Position numbers and translations under genes: made by a program | Source of the DNA: Candidatus Aminicenantes bacterium | GTDB lineage: Bacteria > Acidobacteriota > Aminicenantia > Aminicenantales > Aminicenantaceae | Reading direction: 5' to 3' | Assembly (NCBI GenBank): GCA_041686095.1 | Contig: JAWLEN010000005.1 | Location: forward strand, 1 to 50,051 | DNA: 50,051 nt | Part shown: in pieces, positions 27,526 through 40,166 of the stretch | Position numbering within the stretch: the first letter of the stretch is position 1 | Layout of the letters: every line of letters begins with the position of its first letter | The notes under the pieces: model-generated | Databases searched by the model: none | What the model was told of the DNA's origin: nothing | Seen by the model: only the letters and a program-made list of their open reading frames with translations

Positions 27526-30500
27526 TTTTCTTGTCCTTTAGTGACCACACAAACATAACCCTGAGGAGGACTTCCAAAAGTCTCAACGGTGCGGACATGC
27601 TCAAAACCTGCTTGTTCCAACAGCTCATAAAGATGATCTAAATCAAAAAAGTCAAAAGTGCCTGCCTCTTCCAGCTCAACGAGAGCTTGGGCATCATTGA
27701 GAAAGGAACGTATGGAGTTCAGCACCAGCTGTTTTTCCCATTTCTCTGGAAAAGAATCATCGTCCATCTCCTCCACTTTTTTGACTAACCTGGTGAAAAG
27801 GCCTGAAGCATCCGCATCCGGACGAACACTGGATAAGATTAACAGTCCTCCTGGGCTTAAAATCCTGTTCAGCTCAATTAAAGTTTCTATTGGATTAAAA
27901 ATATAAGATAAAACAAGGCTCATCACTATTTTATTGAAGTATCCCTTCTTAAAAGGAAGATGCAGGCCTTTTTGCGTATCGTCTGAAAAGACCAGCTTTT
28001 TATAAGAAGGCTTCTCTTTTTCCAAGCCTAAAATATAACGGGATGCTTTATTGAAATCAACAATAGTTCTTAGTTCAGGAAGCTCAAACGTCTTTTTCAG
28101 CCGCTTCTTCTTTTCCGGTGTGATTTTTTCCCCGCGGAGGATTCGGTGCACACGAGGAGAGTAGCGCCTGTGTATCTTATTCGCTGACTGGATGGTTATA
28201 TTCTCAATTTTATCTACAAATTCCAAAAAATTGGCGACCTCTCCGTTTAAAAAACGAAGAATAGGTAAATATCGGTTCATTTCAATGTCACATCCGATGT
28301 AGTCAAGACGGATATTTTTTTGATCTGATTCAAGCTTTTGGCTCAGTTTCTGCTCGGCTTTATTTAATGCCTCCGGAACCAGATCAGCTACAATGATTTC
28401 CTTGGGCAAAGGCTGTTTCCCTTCTAAAATATAGAGAATAAAGTTCCCTGTCCCACCACCCAAATCAAGAACATGGTCCTCAACAGACAGCTCAAGAGCT
28501 TGGAGCTGATCCCTCATAAGCTCATCATAGTCATCAGCTAGAGTGAGTACATCAAAACCTAAGAGATCTTTCTCGCCGATAAGATATCGCCTCCAGTATT
28601 CATCTCGATCTTCCAAATTCCGACTCGGTAATCTGTCTTTTTCTGCATGACGTTTGAAAAAAAGGTTGTTTTTTCGAGGGACCACAGGTTTGATATGGCT
28701 CTGGTGAATGAAGCGGTATGAAAGAGCTGTGACAGCCGCAAACATCTGAAGAGCTTCCTTGGATGTTCGAGCGTTGTGACCAAGAGAGATGGGGATCACT
28801 TCCCTCATAGCATCAGCCTTAATCCCCATAATATCTCGAATGAATTCTGGCCTCACCCAATGATCATGTTCACCGTATATCCAGGTGACAGGGATGTCGA
28901 TCTCTTTTATGTCTTCTCGGGCTTGGTCAAGAGTGGCGATACGATTAGCCAATCCATCTTCCATGTACTTATCGACATTCACCAAATTTCCCAAAACTGG
29001 TCTGATTCCCAGCTCAATACCAAGCTGATGTTGTTCTAAAAGATCCAATCCACAATTAACACGGGTAAGGAGATGCCTGAGCTCAGGAGTCCCCATACAT
29101 GCGATCCAGTAATCAACCCGGCTTCTATAGGCTTTATCTCGAAGGACCAACCTCGCTTCCAAGGCAGCCAAAGAAAAGCTCACCAGTATGACTTTATCAG
29201 CCTTTATGATAGGATTATTATCAAGCCAGTCCAAAACAGCTTTGATGTCAGAAGCACCCTGGCTAAGAGAGGCATTAACCATTTCATAAGGAGGTTCAGA
29301 GGCTTCAAGGTCTTTATAGCTTTCTCCTTTCCTGCGGATTCCATCGAATCGAATAACCGCAGCGGACTGACCACAAAGATAGAAATTTTCAATAATAGTC
29401 TGGGACAACGCAAATAGGGTCTCTTTGGTCTTACCAAAAGCAGGGGGGATAATGATGACTGGAACGGGAGACCCGTCCAAAGGAAGAGAAATATCCAGCA
29501 ACCCCACAATCTCTTCACCTTTTTTGTTTTCCAGCCGGATGACTTGAGGCGGTTTTTTTGCTAATTCACCTAAATCAGAATGCCGGCGGGGTCCGGGACG
29601 GATAGCATCTGTGTCTTTAGTGGGCTTCCTCTCTTTCGGAACTTCAAACTCTGGAAGCTTGGCTGTATCAATGGAAAGGCGACCAATACCAAATTGGAGC
29701 CCATATCTAAATTGATTTTTCCCATTGGTTTTGATTCTTTTAATATTGCGTATTTCCCCCCTCGTTTCCCTGATAATCTTTTCTCCCCGCAATACTTTTA
29801 TTGACTCTATGGGAGTGCCGCTCAAAAGAGCCACATTTTCCTGCTTTGTGATGAAGCTGACTCCGCCTTCACTGATATCAGTTATGGTGCCTCTGATCAC
29901 TGAATCAAAGGGATAAGGAAGCTTAATCTCCAGCTCCAATTCTTCCTCTGGCTTTTCTCTATCCAGAGCTCTCTTTTCAGAATAAAACAAAATTTGGGGA
30001 TAAAGAACATCAATATAAGAGCCTTTTTCATCAATTCTATAAATGACTGTCTCAAAATTATAGGTTGCGTATCCAGATTGGAAGGAAACAAATATGCTTT
30101 CTGAAGTTTTGAATTTATTATCCAAGTCTTCACCAGATAATCGACAGTAATGCCAAGGATCTATATCAATCAGCTTGAGTGTAGATGGGAGCCGCGAAAA
30201 AGAAGGAATGGCTGTGATCTCTGATTTACTATTCATGGCTCTCTGAAGGAGTGATTCAATTTTCTTTTTATCCTTAAAAGGAATGATGGCGTCTACTTGC
30301 AAAAATGGATACCTGTCCTTAAGTTGAGAGACCTCTCCAATGGTGGCATACTGCATTATATGCCTGGCTAGGATTTGCCGGCTTTCTTCATCAATACCCA
30401 AAAAGCGAATCCCGACTCCTTTGTTTTCTTTATCTGAGTGCACCACATATCCGGCAAGCTCATGCTGAGTCCCGTCAGGAAGCTCAAGGATAAACGGCAT

Positions 30501-31055
30501 GACCCGGTCTTCAGGAAGCAGGGCTTTTACGAACATTCCATTTTCACTGATGTTTTCCACAGAGGCTGGGGAATGATAGTCCAGATGAGCCTGGATGCTT
30601 CCCTTATCAGCCACCTCCACCCGCATGCATTTTCTTTTTTCCTTTGATTTTTGTGCAAAAAGATAACAGAGTTTCCGTTTGACTTCCTCTGGATCAAAGG
30701 ACCGGTTGTAAAAATAGTCCAACTGCCCTCCATACATCCCGATGTAAGAGAGCTCTTTATCACTGGATTCTCCAATAAGCATCTTGATCATATTGTCTGG
30801 TTTGGGAATATTTTCGTTGACATGCCTTATAAAAACACCACTATCCATATTGGGAAGTGAGTGATCAACCACAATGGCATCAATCCGCTTGACTTCTTTG
30901 AGAAGCTGGATGGCTTCAACTCCGCTGTCAGTGGTGTAGACTTGGTATTCAGGCTCCAGACTCTGCCGCAGTCTTTCCCTTTTTTTCGGATCGCTGTTGA
31001 CCACTAAAACCACTGACTTCAAATGAGTGCTTTTCTGAAGTCCTTTTGAAGCCAT
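27522..31055 (-). CDS. Multidomain pseudoREC-PilZ-PilZN-PilZ-LuxD-like thioesterase-SAM methyltransferase
   Basis: RKCMR..NISENG and RALDR..DISEGG PilZ motifs; PPAFGK..IRFDG, VSFSLA, GEHDHWV, SLGHN hydrolase motifs; VLDLGGGTG, VADL, LPF..FNKIV..L..RILSPGG methyltransferase motifs. Confidence 0.85.
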   Translation of the reverse strand: MASKGLQKSTHLKSVVLVVNSDPKKRERLRQSLEPEYQVYTTDSGVEAIQLLKEVKRIDAIVVDHSLPNMDSGVFIRHVNENIPKPDNMIKMLIGESSDKELSYIGMYGGQLDYFYNRSFDPEEVKRKLCYLFAQKSKEKRKCMRVEVADKGSIQAHLDYHSPASVENISENGMFVKALLPEDRVMPFILELPDGTQHELAGYVVHSDKENKGVGIRFLGIDEESRQILARHIMQYATIGEVSQLKDRYPFLQVDAIIPFKDKKKIESLLQRAMNSKSEITAIPSFSRLPSTLKLIDIDPWHYCRLSGEDLDNKFKTSESIFVSFQSGYATYNFETVIYRIDEKGSYIDVLYPQILFYSEKRALDREKPEEELELEIKLPYPFDSVIRGTITDISEGGVSFITKQENVALLSGTPIESIKVLRGEKIIRETRGEIRNIKRIKTNGKNQFRYGLQFGIGRLSIDTAKLPEFEVPKERKPTKDTDAIRPGPRRHSDLGELAKKPPQVIRLENKKGEEIVGLLDISLPLDGSPVPVIIIPPAFGKTKETLFALSQTIIENFYLCGQSAAVIRFDGIRRKGESYKDLEASEPPYEMVNASLSQGASDIKAVLDWLDNNPIIKADKVILVSFSLAALEARLVLRDKAYRSRVDYWIACMGTPELRHLLTRVNCGLDLLEQHQLGIELGIRPVLGNLVNVDKYMEDGLANRIATLDQAREDIKEIDIPVTWIYGEHDHWVRPEFIRDIMGIKADAMREVIPISLGHNARTSKEALQMFAAVTALSYRFIHQSHIKPVVPRKNNLFFKRHAEKDRLPSRNLEDRDEYWRRYLIGEKDLLGFDVLTLADDYDELMRDQLQALELSVEDHVLDLGGGTGNFILYILEGKQPLPKEIIVADLVPEALNKAEQKLSQKLESDQKNIRLDYIGCDIEMNRYLPILRFLNGEVANFLEFVDKIENITIQSANKIHRRYSPRVHRILRGEKITPEKKKRLKKTFELPELRTIVDFNKASRYILGLEKEKPSYKKLVFSDDTQKGLHLPFKKGYFNKIVMSLVLSYIFNPIETLIELNRILSPGGLLILSSVRPDADASGLFTRLVKKVEEMDDDSFPEKWEKQLVLNSIRSFLNDAQALVELEEAGTFDFFDLDHLYELLEQAGFEHVRTVETFGSPPQGYVCVVTKGQEK

Positions 31056-31182
31056 TTATTCTCTCTTGTTAAGAGTATGAAGTCCAAATTCTTGAAAAAA
31101 TGAATAGAACATTAATCTATTTAGTCGCTCTTGGACAGAAAAAATGTAAATATACAAAATATCCAGTTAATCCCTAAATAGT

Positions 31183-31211
31183 ATACTATATATAGTTAAT
31201 TTACTTGTCAA
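31183..31211 (-). promoter_or_regulatory. Putative sigma70 promoter for the 31055 operon
   Basis: Minus strand TTGACA (31211-31206), 17-nt spacer, TAGTAT (31188-31183). Confidence 0.55.
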
Positions 31212-31293
31212 GTATATAGAAATCAAATTTTATCCCAGAAAAATTTAGGAAAACCTATTTAAAAAGCCCCCCTAACACCATTAAATTCAAGAT

Positions 31294-31322
31294 GAGAAGG
31301 GTAGGAATGAGGCATCCCCTGT
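31294..31322 (+). repeat. Degenerate left-arm fragment of the MITE internal sequence
   Basis: GAGAAGGGTAGGAATGAGGCATCCCCTGT versus copy-1 GAGAGGGCAAGGGATGAGGAATCCCCTGT. Confidence 0.5.
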
Positions 31323-31369
31323 ATTGAAAAAGCATTTTTATTCCATTAAAATAAGAAAAAAGCATTTAA

Positions 31370-34615
<3,246 letters not shown>

Positions 34616-34708
34616 TAATTCCTATTTATAAAACAAAGCCAAGAAAATAAAAGATTGGAAAAAAAGGCTTCATCATATAAAATCTTAAAGAATATCAAGG
34701 AGAAAACC

Positions 34709-35014
34709 ATGTCTCACAAAATAAAAACAGACAGTGTGTATATCCCATCTAAGGACATTGTGGCAAGAAATATTGAAGGCGAAATCATAATCGTTCCTCT
34801 TACGTCAGGGATAGGTGATCTGGAAGATGAACTTTTTACTCTCAATGACACGGGAAAAGCCGTATGGAAAAATCTTGACGGAAAAAAATCAGTTGATGTC
34901 ATAATCTCTGAACTTTCCAATGAGTATAAAGCAGAGCCCGAAGAAATAAAGCAGGATGTGATAGGACTGCTGGAAGAACTTGCTAAAAGAAATATCATCG
35001 TCAAAAAAAAATAA
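34709..35014 (+). CDS. PqqD family (RiPP recognition element) protein
   Basis: AAGGAG SD then ATG at 34709; VARNIEGEIIIVPL, LFTLNDTGKAVWKNLDGK, IKQDVIGLLEEL. Confidence 0.85.
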   Translation: MSHKIKTDSVYIPSKDIVARNIEGEIIIVPLTSGIGDLEDELFTLNDTGKAVWKNLDGKKSVDVIISELSNEYKAEPEEIKQDVIGLLEELAKRNIIVKKK

Positions 35015-35043
35015 ATGAGGGAAAAATAGAAAAAACTCTCTTA

Positions 35044-36372
35044 TCAGGTCCGCTGTTCTGCTATTTTTCTAATCCCCTCCAGTAATTGATCGATCTCTTT
35101 GTGGTTTATGTAATAATGAGTTGACACTCGGCATCCATAAGTCCCTTTTTCTCTGCTTCCCACGGTTCGGATCACGATATTGTATTTCTGCCTCACATAA
35201 TCCACGATGTCTTTTGGTTCAACTCCTTTAATGGAAAATGCAGTCAGACCTCCGCTTAAATAAGGGTCCTCTGAAGTGTGAAGCTTAACCCCTGATATTT
35301 TTTTCAATTCCTGTTTGAAATATCCTGCCAGAGATTTAATCCTTGTCTCAATTCTTGCTTTGCCGATATAATTCTGGAAATCCACGGCTTCTCCCAGGGC
35401 TATGATCAACGCATCCGCTCTCTGACCTAAAGTTTCATATTTTCTGGCGGTAGGCCGGTCCCATCCTGAAGTGGTGATAGTGGGCCACAACTGGTCCTGA
35501 ACTTCCTTCCGGACATAGAAAACACCCACTCCTGTAGGCGCCCCCAGCCACTTATAGGGACTGGTGGCAAAAAAATCAACCCCCAATTCTTTCATATCTA
35601 AATCCAGCATGCCCATGCCGTGAGCGCTGTCTGCAGCCACCAGAAGACCCTTCTCGTGAGCCATTTTGGAAAGCTCTTTTAAAGGAGAAATGAGTCCTGA
35701 AATATAAACAGTATGGCTCACGCTGATGACTTTGGTTTTTGGAGTGATGGCTTTTTGGAAACCGTTCACAAATTCATCCACACTTTTAGGGGGCAGTCCA
35801 ATGGGCACTTCTGTGACTTTGATGCCATAGCGCGCCTCCTTGATCTTCCAAGGATGAGTTCCGCCCGGATGCTCCATAGAAGAGAGAAGGACTTCATCGC
35901 CTGGTTTGAGGTCCAGCCCGTTGGCCGCAAAATTCATGCCTTCTGTGGTGTTCCTTACCACAGCTACTTCATCCGGAGATGCGTTGATGAACTGCGCGAT
36001 CCTCATGCGTATTTCCTCTTTTTTCCTGGGAATATAGGTGTAGGTATGCACTGGAGAAGTGGCTTGAACCTTAAATATCTTCATCAGGGTATTGAACACA
36101 GGTTTAGGCATGGGCCCCACAGTCCCGTTGTTCATCATTATCAGACCATCCTGAAACAAAAACTCCTCTCTAATGGCATCCCAATAAATCCCATCCGGAG
36201 CCTCATCCCGAATATACTTTTGGTTGAGATCAGTTATGCTCTGATAAATAGATGCATTGAGTTTGGATAAGCCAGCTATGGAAAGGGATGAACCAGTTAA
36301 AAGATATTTCACAAAATCTCTTCGTGTGACTCCTTTTTCTCGGAATTTTTTAGATAAATGGTCATTATCCAT
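35044..36372 (-). CDS. Class V PLP aminotransferase (isopenicillin N epimerase/SufS-like) with Tat leader
   Basis: TRRDFVK, MNNGTVGPMP, RNTTEGMN, EHPGG, DSAHG, SPYKWL. Confidence 0.88.
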   Translation of the reverse strand: MDNDHLSKKFREKGVTRRDFVKYLLTGSSLSIAGLSKLNASIYQSITDLNQKYIRDEAPDGIYWDAIREEFLFQDGLIMMNNGTVGPMPKPVFNTLMKIFKVQATSPVHTYTYIPRKKEEIRMRIAQFINASPDEVAVVRNTTEGMNFAANGLDLKPGDEVLLSSMEHPGGTHPWKIKEARYGIKVTEVPIGLPPKSVDEFVNGFQKAITPKTKVISVSHTVYISGLISPLKELSKMAHEKGLLVAADSAHGMGMLDLDMKELGVDFFATSPYKWLGAPTGVGVFYVRKEVQDQLWPTITTSGWDRPTARKYETLGQRADALIIALGEAVDFQNYIGKARIETRIKSLAGYFKQELKKISGVKLHTSEDPYLSGGLTAFSIKGVEPKDIVDYVRQKYNIVIRTVGSREKGTYGCRVSTHYYINHKEIDQLLEGIRKIAEQRT

Positions 36373-37266
36373 TTATTCCTCCTTGTTGATATCTCGCTTA
36401 TTTTCTTCCCTATGATGAGAATAAATATTGGATTCCATCAGGATGATGCTTCCCTCAGGGACTCCTATATCCTCTGCAATCACAGGACACTTTGCTTTTA
36501 AAAGAAAAAAAATGGGCTTTTTTAATTCTGAAAGCGCTTCATAATTACCTTGGCCCTTACTAATGATCATGGGAGCTTTATTAAAGGTATCTAAAAATTC
36601 TTTGGAGCAGCAATTCAATACAGTTCCTGGTGCATCACTCCCTGAAGATATGATTTCAGCAATTCTGTCCAATCCTGCGGCCACCGCATCCTCTTTCACA
36701 GCATCATTGATGACCGGCTTGTCCCTGACAGCATATATCACAGGAACATCTAACTCTTCAATCAAAATTCGGTCAAATACAGTCTCTCCCGCATTATCTG
36801 CCAAGTAAACGATCCGGTCAGTCTTCCGGATCATCTGTTTGAATTCATGAAAATGATTGACCGCAAAATCCTGTACGAAAATTTTCTCCAGATCCTTTTC
36901 TATATCAAATTCTGTATTGGCTCCAAAATCAATGATATTTCCCGCAATAGCAGCTCTAAGAGCCGCCATCAGAGGGTTATCAGCCTTTTTCACCTTTTCC
37001 TTTACCTCAGGGTAAAGATCTAATGCCTTCTGAGTGCAGGTTTTTTTAATCTCTTTGTAAGGATCTTCCACTCCTGTAATCTCTGAAATAATCCGGTAAA
37101 CTTCCCTTCCTATTTCAGGAGGAGTGGAATCAAAAGACAATTGAGGAAGAAATGAGCTGACCTCTCTCAATGCTTTCCATATCTCTTTTTCATCAGAGGT
37201 GATCAACCTCATTGTTCTCAAAGTCTGGATAAAAAAACAGGGATAGCAATCCAAATAAGCTTTCAT
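36373..37266 (-). CDS. DUF89/ARMT1-like damage-control phosphatase
   Basis: DCYPCF, DPY, AIAGNIIDFG, DNAGETVFD, PVINDA, ISKGQGNYE, KAKCPVIA. Confidence 0.92.
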   Translation of the reverse strand: MKAYLDCYPCFFIQTLRTMRLITSDEKEIWKALREVSSFLPQLSFDSTPPEIGREVYRIISEITGVEDPYKEIKKTCTQKALDLYPEVKEKVKKADNPLMAALRAAIAGNIIDFGANTEFDIEKDLEKIFVQDFAVNHFHEFKQMIRKTDRIVYLADNAGETVFDRILIEELDVPVIYAVRDKPVINDAVKEDAVAAGLDRIAEIISSGSDAPGTVLNCCSKEFLDTFNKAPMIISKGQGNYEALSELKKPIFFLLKAKCPVIAEDIGVPEGSIILMESNIYSHHREENKRDINKEE

Positions 37267-37291
37267 ACTCCATGCTTCCTGTTTAATGAAA

Positions 37292-38791
37292 TCATCTGTA
37301 TTCTATGATGTGGATGTTGAGTTTGCCTATCAATTCAGAAGCAGAAAAAACCATTTCCTTAAATAAATTTTCATCCAGCTCTGTTCGACCAAATTTAATA
37401 TGAGTGGCATCTGTATAATATTCACCGCTACTTGGATCCACACTGAACCATTTGGGATCCAAATCAATCCACTGGCCCACAAAAACTTCAGGCCACATGT
37501 GATAAGCAAAAAAATCTTCTCCGTACATAATCCCTACATTCGCCCTTGCCGGTATCCCAACCGAACGGCACAAAGCCGTGAAAAGCACTGTGTATTCACT
37601 GCAGTCTCCTTCTCTGTTTTTCAGTATCTCTTTGCTTGAAGCAAATCCCACATCGTAATTGGGCTTGATTTCATTTCTAATCCAGTCAGCAATCTTTTTT
37701 GCGGCTTTCCATGAATTTTTTTCATCTCCTGCAATTTTCTCGGCAGTGGCTTTAATATCCGGATCATCTGATTGACAGAACAGGGTCGACTTGAGGGCGG
37801 ATTCCAGGTTTTTTTTATCTATGGGCAAACACAGAGCTTCTTCCTCATGAAAAATCACTGATTCTGTGTGTAAAATAAAAGAATCTTCTTTCTTCTTAAC
37901 CAGTTTTTGACTCGGTCCATCCCAGGGAAAATCATCGATTTTTTTCTCAGACAAACCACTTAACTCCATTTTCATGCTTTGAATTTGTTGGGGATTTTTT
38001 ATTTCTTTATTTGTTCTTATGATTGTGGATAAAGCTATATCAACAGTTCCGGTCCCTTTTTCCAGTGCTTTTTGCTGGGACATTTTTAAGGACGTGATAT
38101 TCATAAAACCGGTTTGTATCTCAGACTTATATAATTCCCCTTTGTCATCTATCCATTCTTCTGCAACCACAGGAACCAGAGAGGAGAGTCTGGACCTGGT
38201 GTGCCATAATTCATAACTCTTCCCCAGGATCAATATTTTCTCTTTTCCTAAGATTTCATAACGACAATCTGAGAAGGAGTAGGCTATGGGATCGAGTATT
38301 TTGTAATCATAAACAGCTCCTTTTTTGAGCTTTTTCTGTTCAATTATTTTTCTGACTGGAACTTCAAGATAGAAAGGTTCCTTAATAGGAATCTCCTTCA
38401 CGGTCTTGCCCTCCATTTTAAACACAACAGAGTCAGGATTTATCTTGGCCCTGACATTGATTTCCTGCTCAGACATCTTTGTTCTCACCACAGCTTCAAC
38501 AGGTCTGTCTTCACCATCATACAGAAATTCCTCAGCAGTGGTCATCTCAACCGGATTTCCCCCTAAACGAGAGACTTCCATTTTTGTCTCGCTATAAATT
38601 CTAGTGTATTCTTTATGGTCCCTGTGAATTTTTTCTTTAAATAAATAACTGTGACCAATTTTAATGCCCTGCATGTAAAGGCCCATCCAAGTCTCATGTC
38701 CATCTTTATCCTGAAATCCAGCGGTCCCTAAAATAGAAAAATTCAGAAAAAATATTAATAAATTAAGGGATAAAGATTTTTTTCTATTCAC
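37292..38791 (-). CDS. Secreted transglutaminase-like domain protein
   Basis: Signal peptide; EGDCSEYTVLFTALCRSVGIPAR, YHMWPEV, WIDLDP (Cys-His-Asp). Confidence 0.88.
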   Translation of the reverse strand: MNRKKSLSLNLLIFFLNFSILGTAGFQDKDGHETWMGLYMQGIKIGHSYLFKEKIHRDHKEYTRIYSETKMEVSRLGGNPVEMTTAEEFLYDGEDRPVEAVVRTKMSEQEINVRAKINPDSVVFKMEGKTVKEIPIKEPFYLEVPVRKIIEQKKLKKGAVYDYKILDPIAYSFSDCRYEILGKEKILILGKSYELWHTRSRLSSLVPVVAEEWIDDKGELYKSEIQTGFMNITSLKMSQQKALEKGTGTVDIALSTIIRTNKEIKNPQQIQSMKMELSGLSEKKIDDFPWDGPSQKLVKKKEDSFILHTESVIFHEEEALCLPIDKKNLESALKSTLFCQSDDPDIKATAEKIAGDEKNSWKAAKKIADWIRNEIKPNYDVGFASSKEILKNREGDCSEYTVLFTALCRSVGIPARANVGIMYGEDFFAYHMWPEVFVGQWIDLDPKWFSVDPSSGEYYTDATHIKFGRTELDENLFKEMVFSASELIGKLNIHIIEYR

Positions 38792-38825
38792 TTCAAAAAT
38801 CCAGGTTAATAAACTGAATTAATGG

Positions 38826-40076
38826 TTAATCCCGGGAAGACAGGTCAATGACTTTTTTAAAAACCCTCATCAGATTACCACCCCATATTTTTTCTATTTC
38901 TTCCTCTGTATAACCTCGCTTCAGCAGTTCTCTGGTTATATTGGGCATTTCACTCACATCATTGCACCCATCAAGTCCGCCCCCTCCGTCAAAATCAGTT
39001 CCGATCCCCACATGATCGACTCCGATCAATTCCTTTACATAATCAATATGATCCACCATATCCTCTAAGGTCGCGCTCGGGGTGGGGTATTTTTCCATGA
39101 TCTTCATGTATTCTTCTCTAACTTCTTGTTTGACTTTTTCCTCTTTTATTTCTGAATACTCTCCATACTTTTCCTCCAGCTGCTCAACAGCTCTCTGCCT
39201 TTCAGGATTTTCCTCTGCTTCCTTGATAAAACTGGAAACAAAACAAATTTGGATCACACCTCCTTTTTCAGCCAGAGCCTCCATCATCTCATCAGAAAGG
39301 TTTCTGGGATGGTCACACAGAGAACGCACACTGGAATGAGAGGCAATGACCGGCGCCGAGGAATGCTCCAGCACATCAAAAAAAGATTGGTCAGAAACAT
39401 GGGAAACATCCACCATGATTCCCAGCCGATTGCATTCTTCCACCACTTTTCTACCAAACTCACTCAATCCATTATCTTCTGGTTCTCTTCGGTCAGTGGA
39501 GGAATCGCAGATATCATTATCGCTGGAATGGCAGAGCGTGATGTATCGAACTCCCTTATTATAAAACTCCTCTACTAGAGATAAGTCTTTTCCTATGGGA
39601 TATCCATTCTCCATTCCAAGAAAAGCAGCGATCTTTCCCTGTTCCTCCAGTCTGTAAGCATCCTCAGGTGTGGTCGCAAAACTGACCATTTCCGGATATT
39701 GCTCGCACATATCATGGACCGATTTAATGAGAAGATCGGCTCTCTGCTTGGCTCTTTTATAACCCTGTTCTGTTCTTTCTCCCTGGCCTACATAAGCGGC
39801 AAAAAATTCCGCATCCAGTCTTCCCTTTTTCATTCGCGGAAGATCGATCTTCCCTCTTCTTTCCTCCTCAGGCCCATGAAATTTTCCTATATCATATTCG
39901 CCTCTTACCATCATCATTGGGGTGTCGCAGTGAGTGTCAACTGTCAAGACCTTATTGTGTATTTCCATGACTTCAGCATCTGTAACATCCGATTTTTTTT
40001 CAGTGGAACATGAATTGGAAAAAATCAAAAAGACCAAACATAAACTCAAAAATAAAATCAAGGCTTTATCAAACAT
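38826..40076 (-). CDS. M19 membrane dipeptidase, lipoprotein
   Basis: VDTHCDT, GMENG, ITLCH, DVSH, ASHS, HPRNLSD, DHIDY, GIGTDFDGGG, GGNLMRV. Confidence 0.93.
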   Translation of the reverse strand: MFDKALILFLSLCLVFLIFSNSCSTEKKSDVTDAEVMEIHNKVLTVDTHCDTPMMMVRGEYDIGKFHGPEEERRGKIDLPRMKKGRLDAEFFAAYVGQGERTEQGYKRAKQRADLLIKSVHDMCEQYPEMVSFATTPEDAYRLEEQGKIAAFLGMENGYPIGKDLSLVEEFYNKGVRYITLCHSSDNDICDSSTDRREPEDNGLSEFGRKVVEECNRLGIMVDVSHVSDQSFFDVLEHSSAPVIASHSSVRSLCDHPRNLSDEMMEALAEKGGVIQICFVSSFIKEAEENPERQRAVEQLEEKYGEYSEIKEEKVKQEVREEYMKIMEKYPTPSATLEDMVDHIDYVKELIGVDHVGIGTDFDGGGGLDGCNDVSEMPNITRELLKRGYTEEEIEKIWGGNLMRVFKKVIDLSSRD

Positions 40077-40166
40077 ACCATCTCCTTATAATAAAATAAA
40101 AACAATATTTCATTCTTATGAATAACCTCTCCATTGTCAAGGGGGCTCTGATCTCTATTTTGAAGC

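Noticed and set aside
28700-29560. Bioluminescence (lux) locus
   Set aside because: Only a LuxD-like domain inside a fusion; no luxA/B/C/E in the window
34655-35014. PQQ biosynthesis, and the longer 34655 start
   Set aside because: No pqqA/B/C/E; the SD supports ATG at 34709
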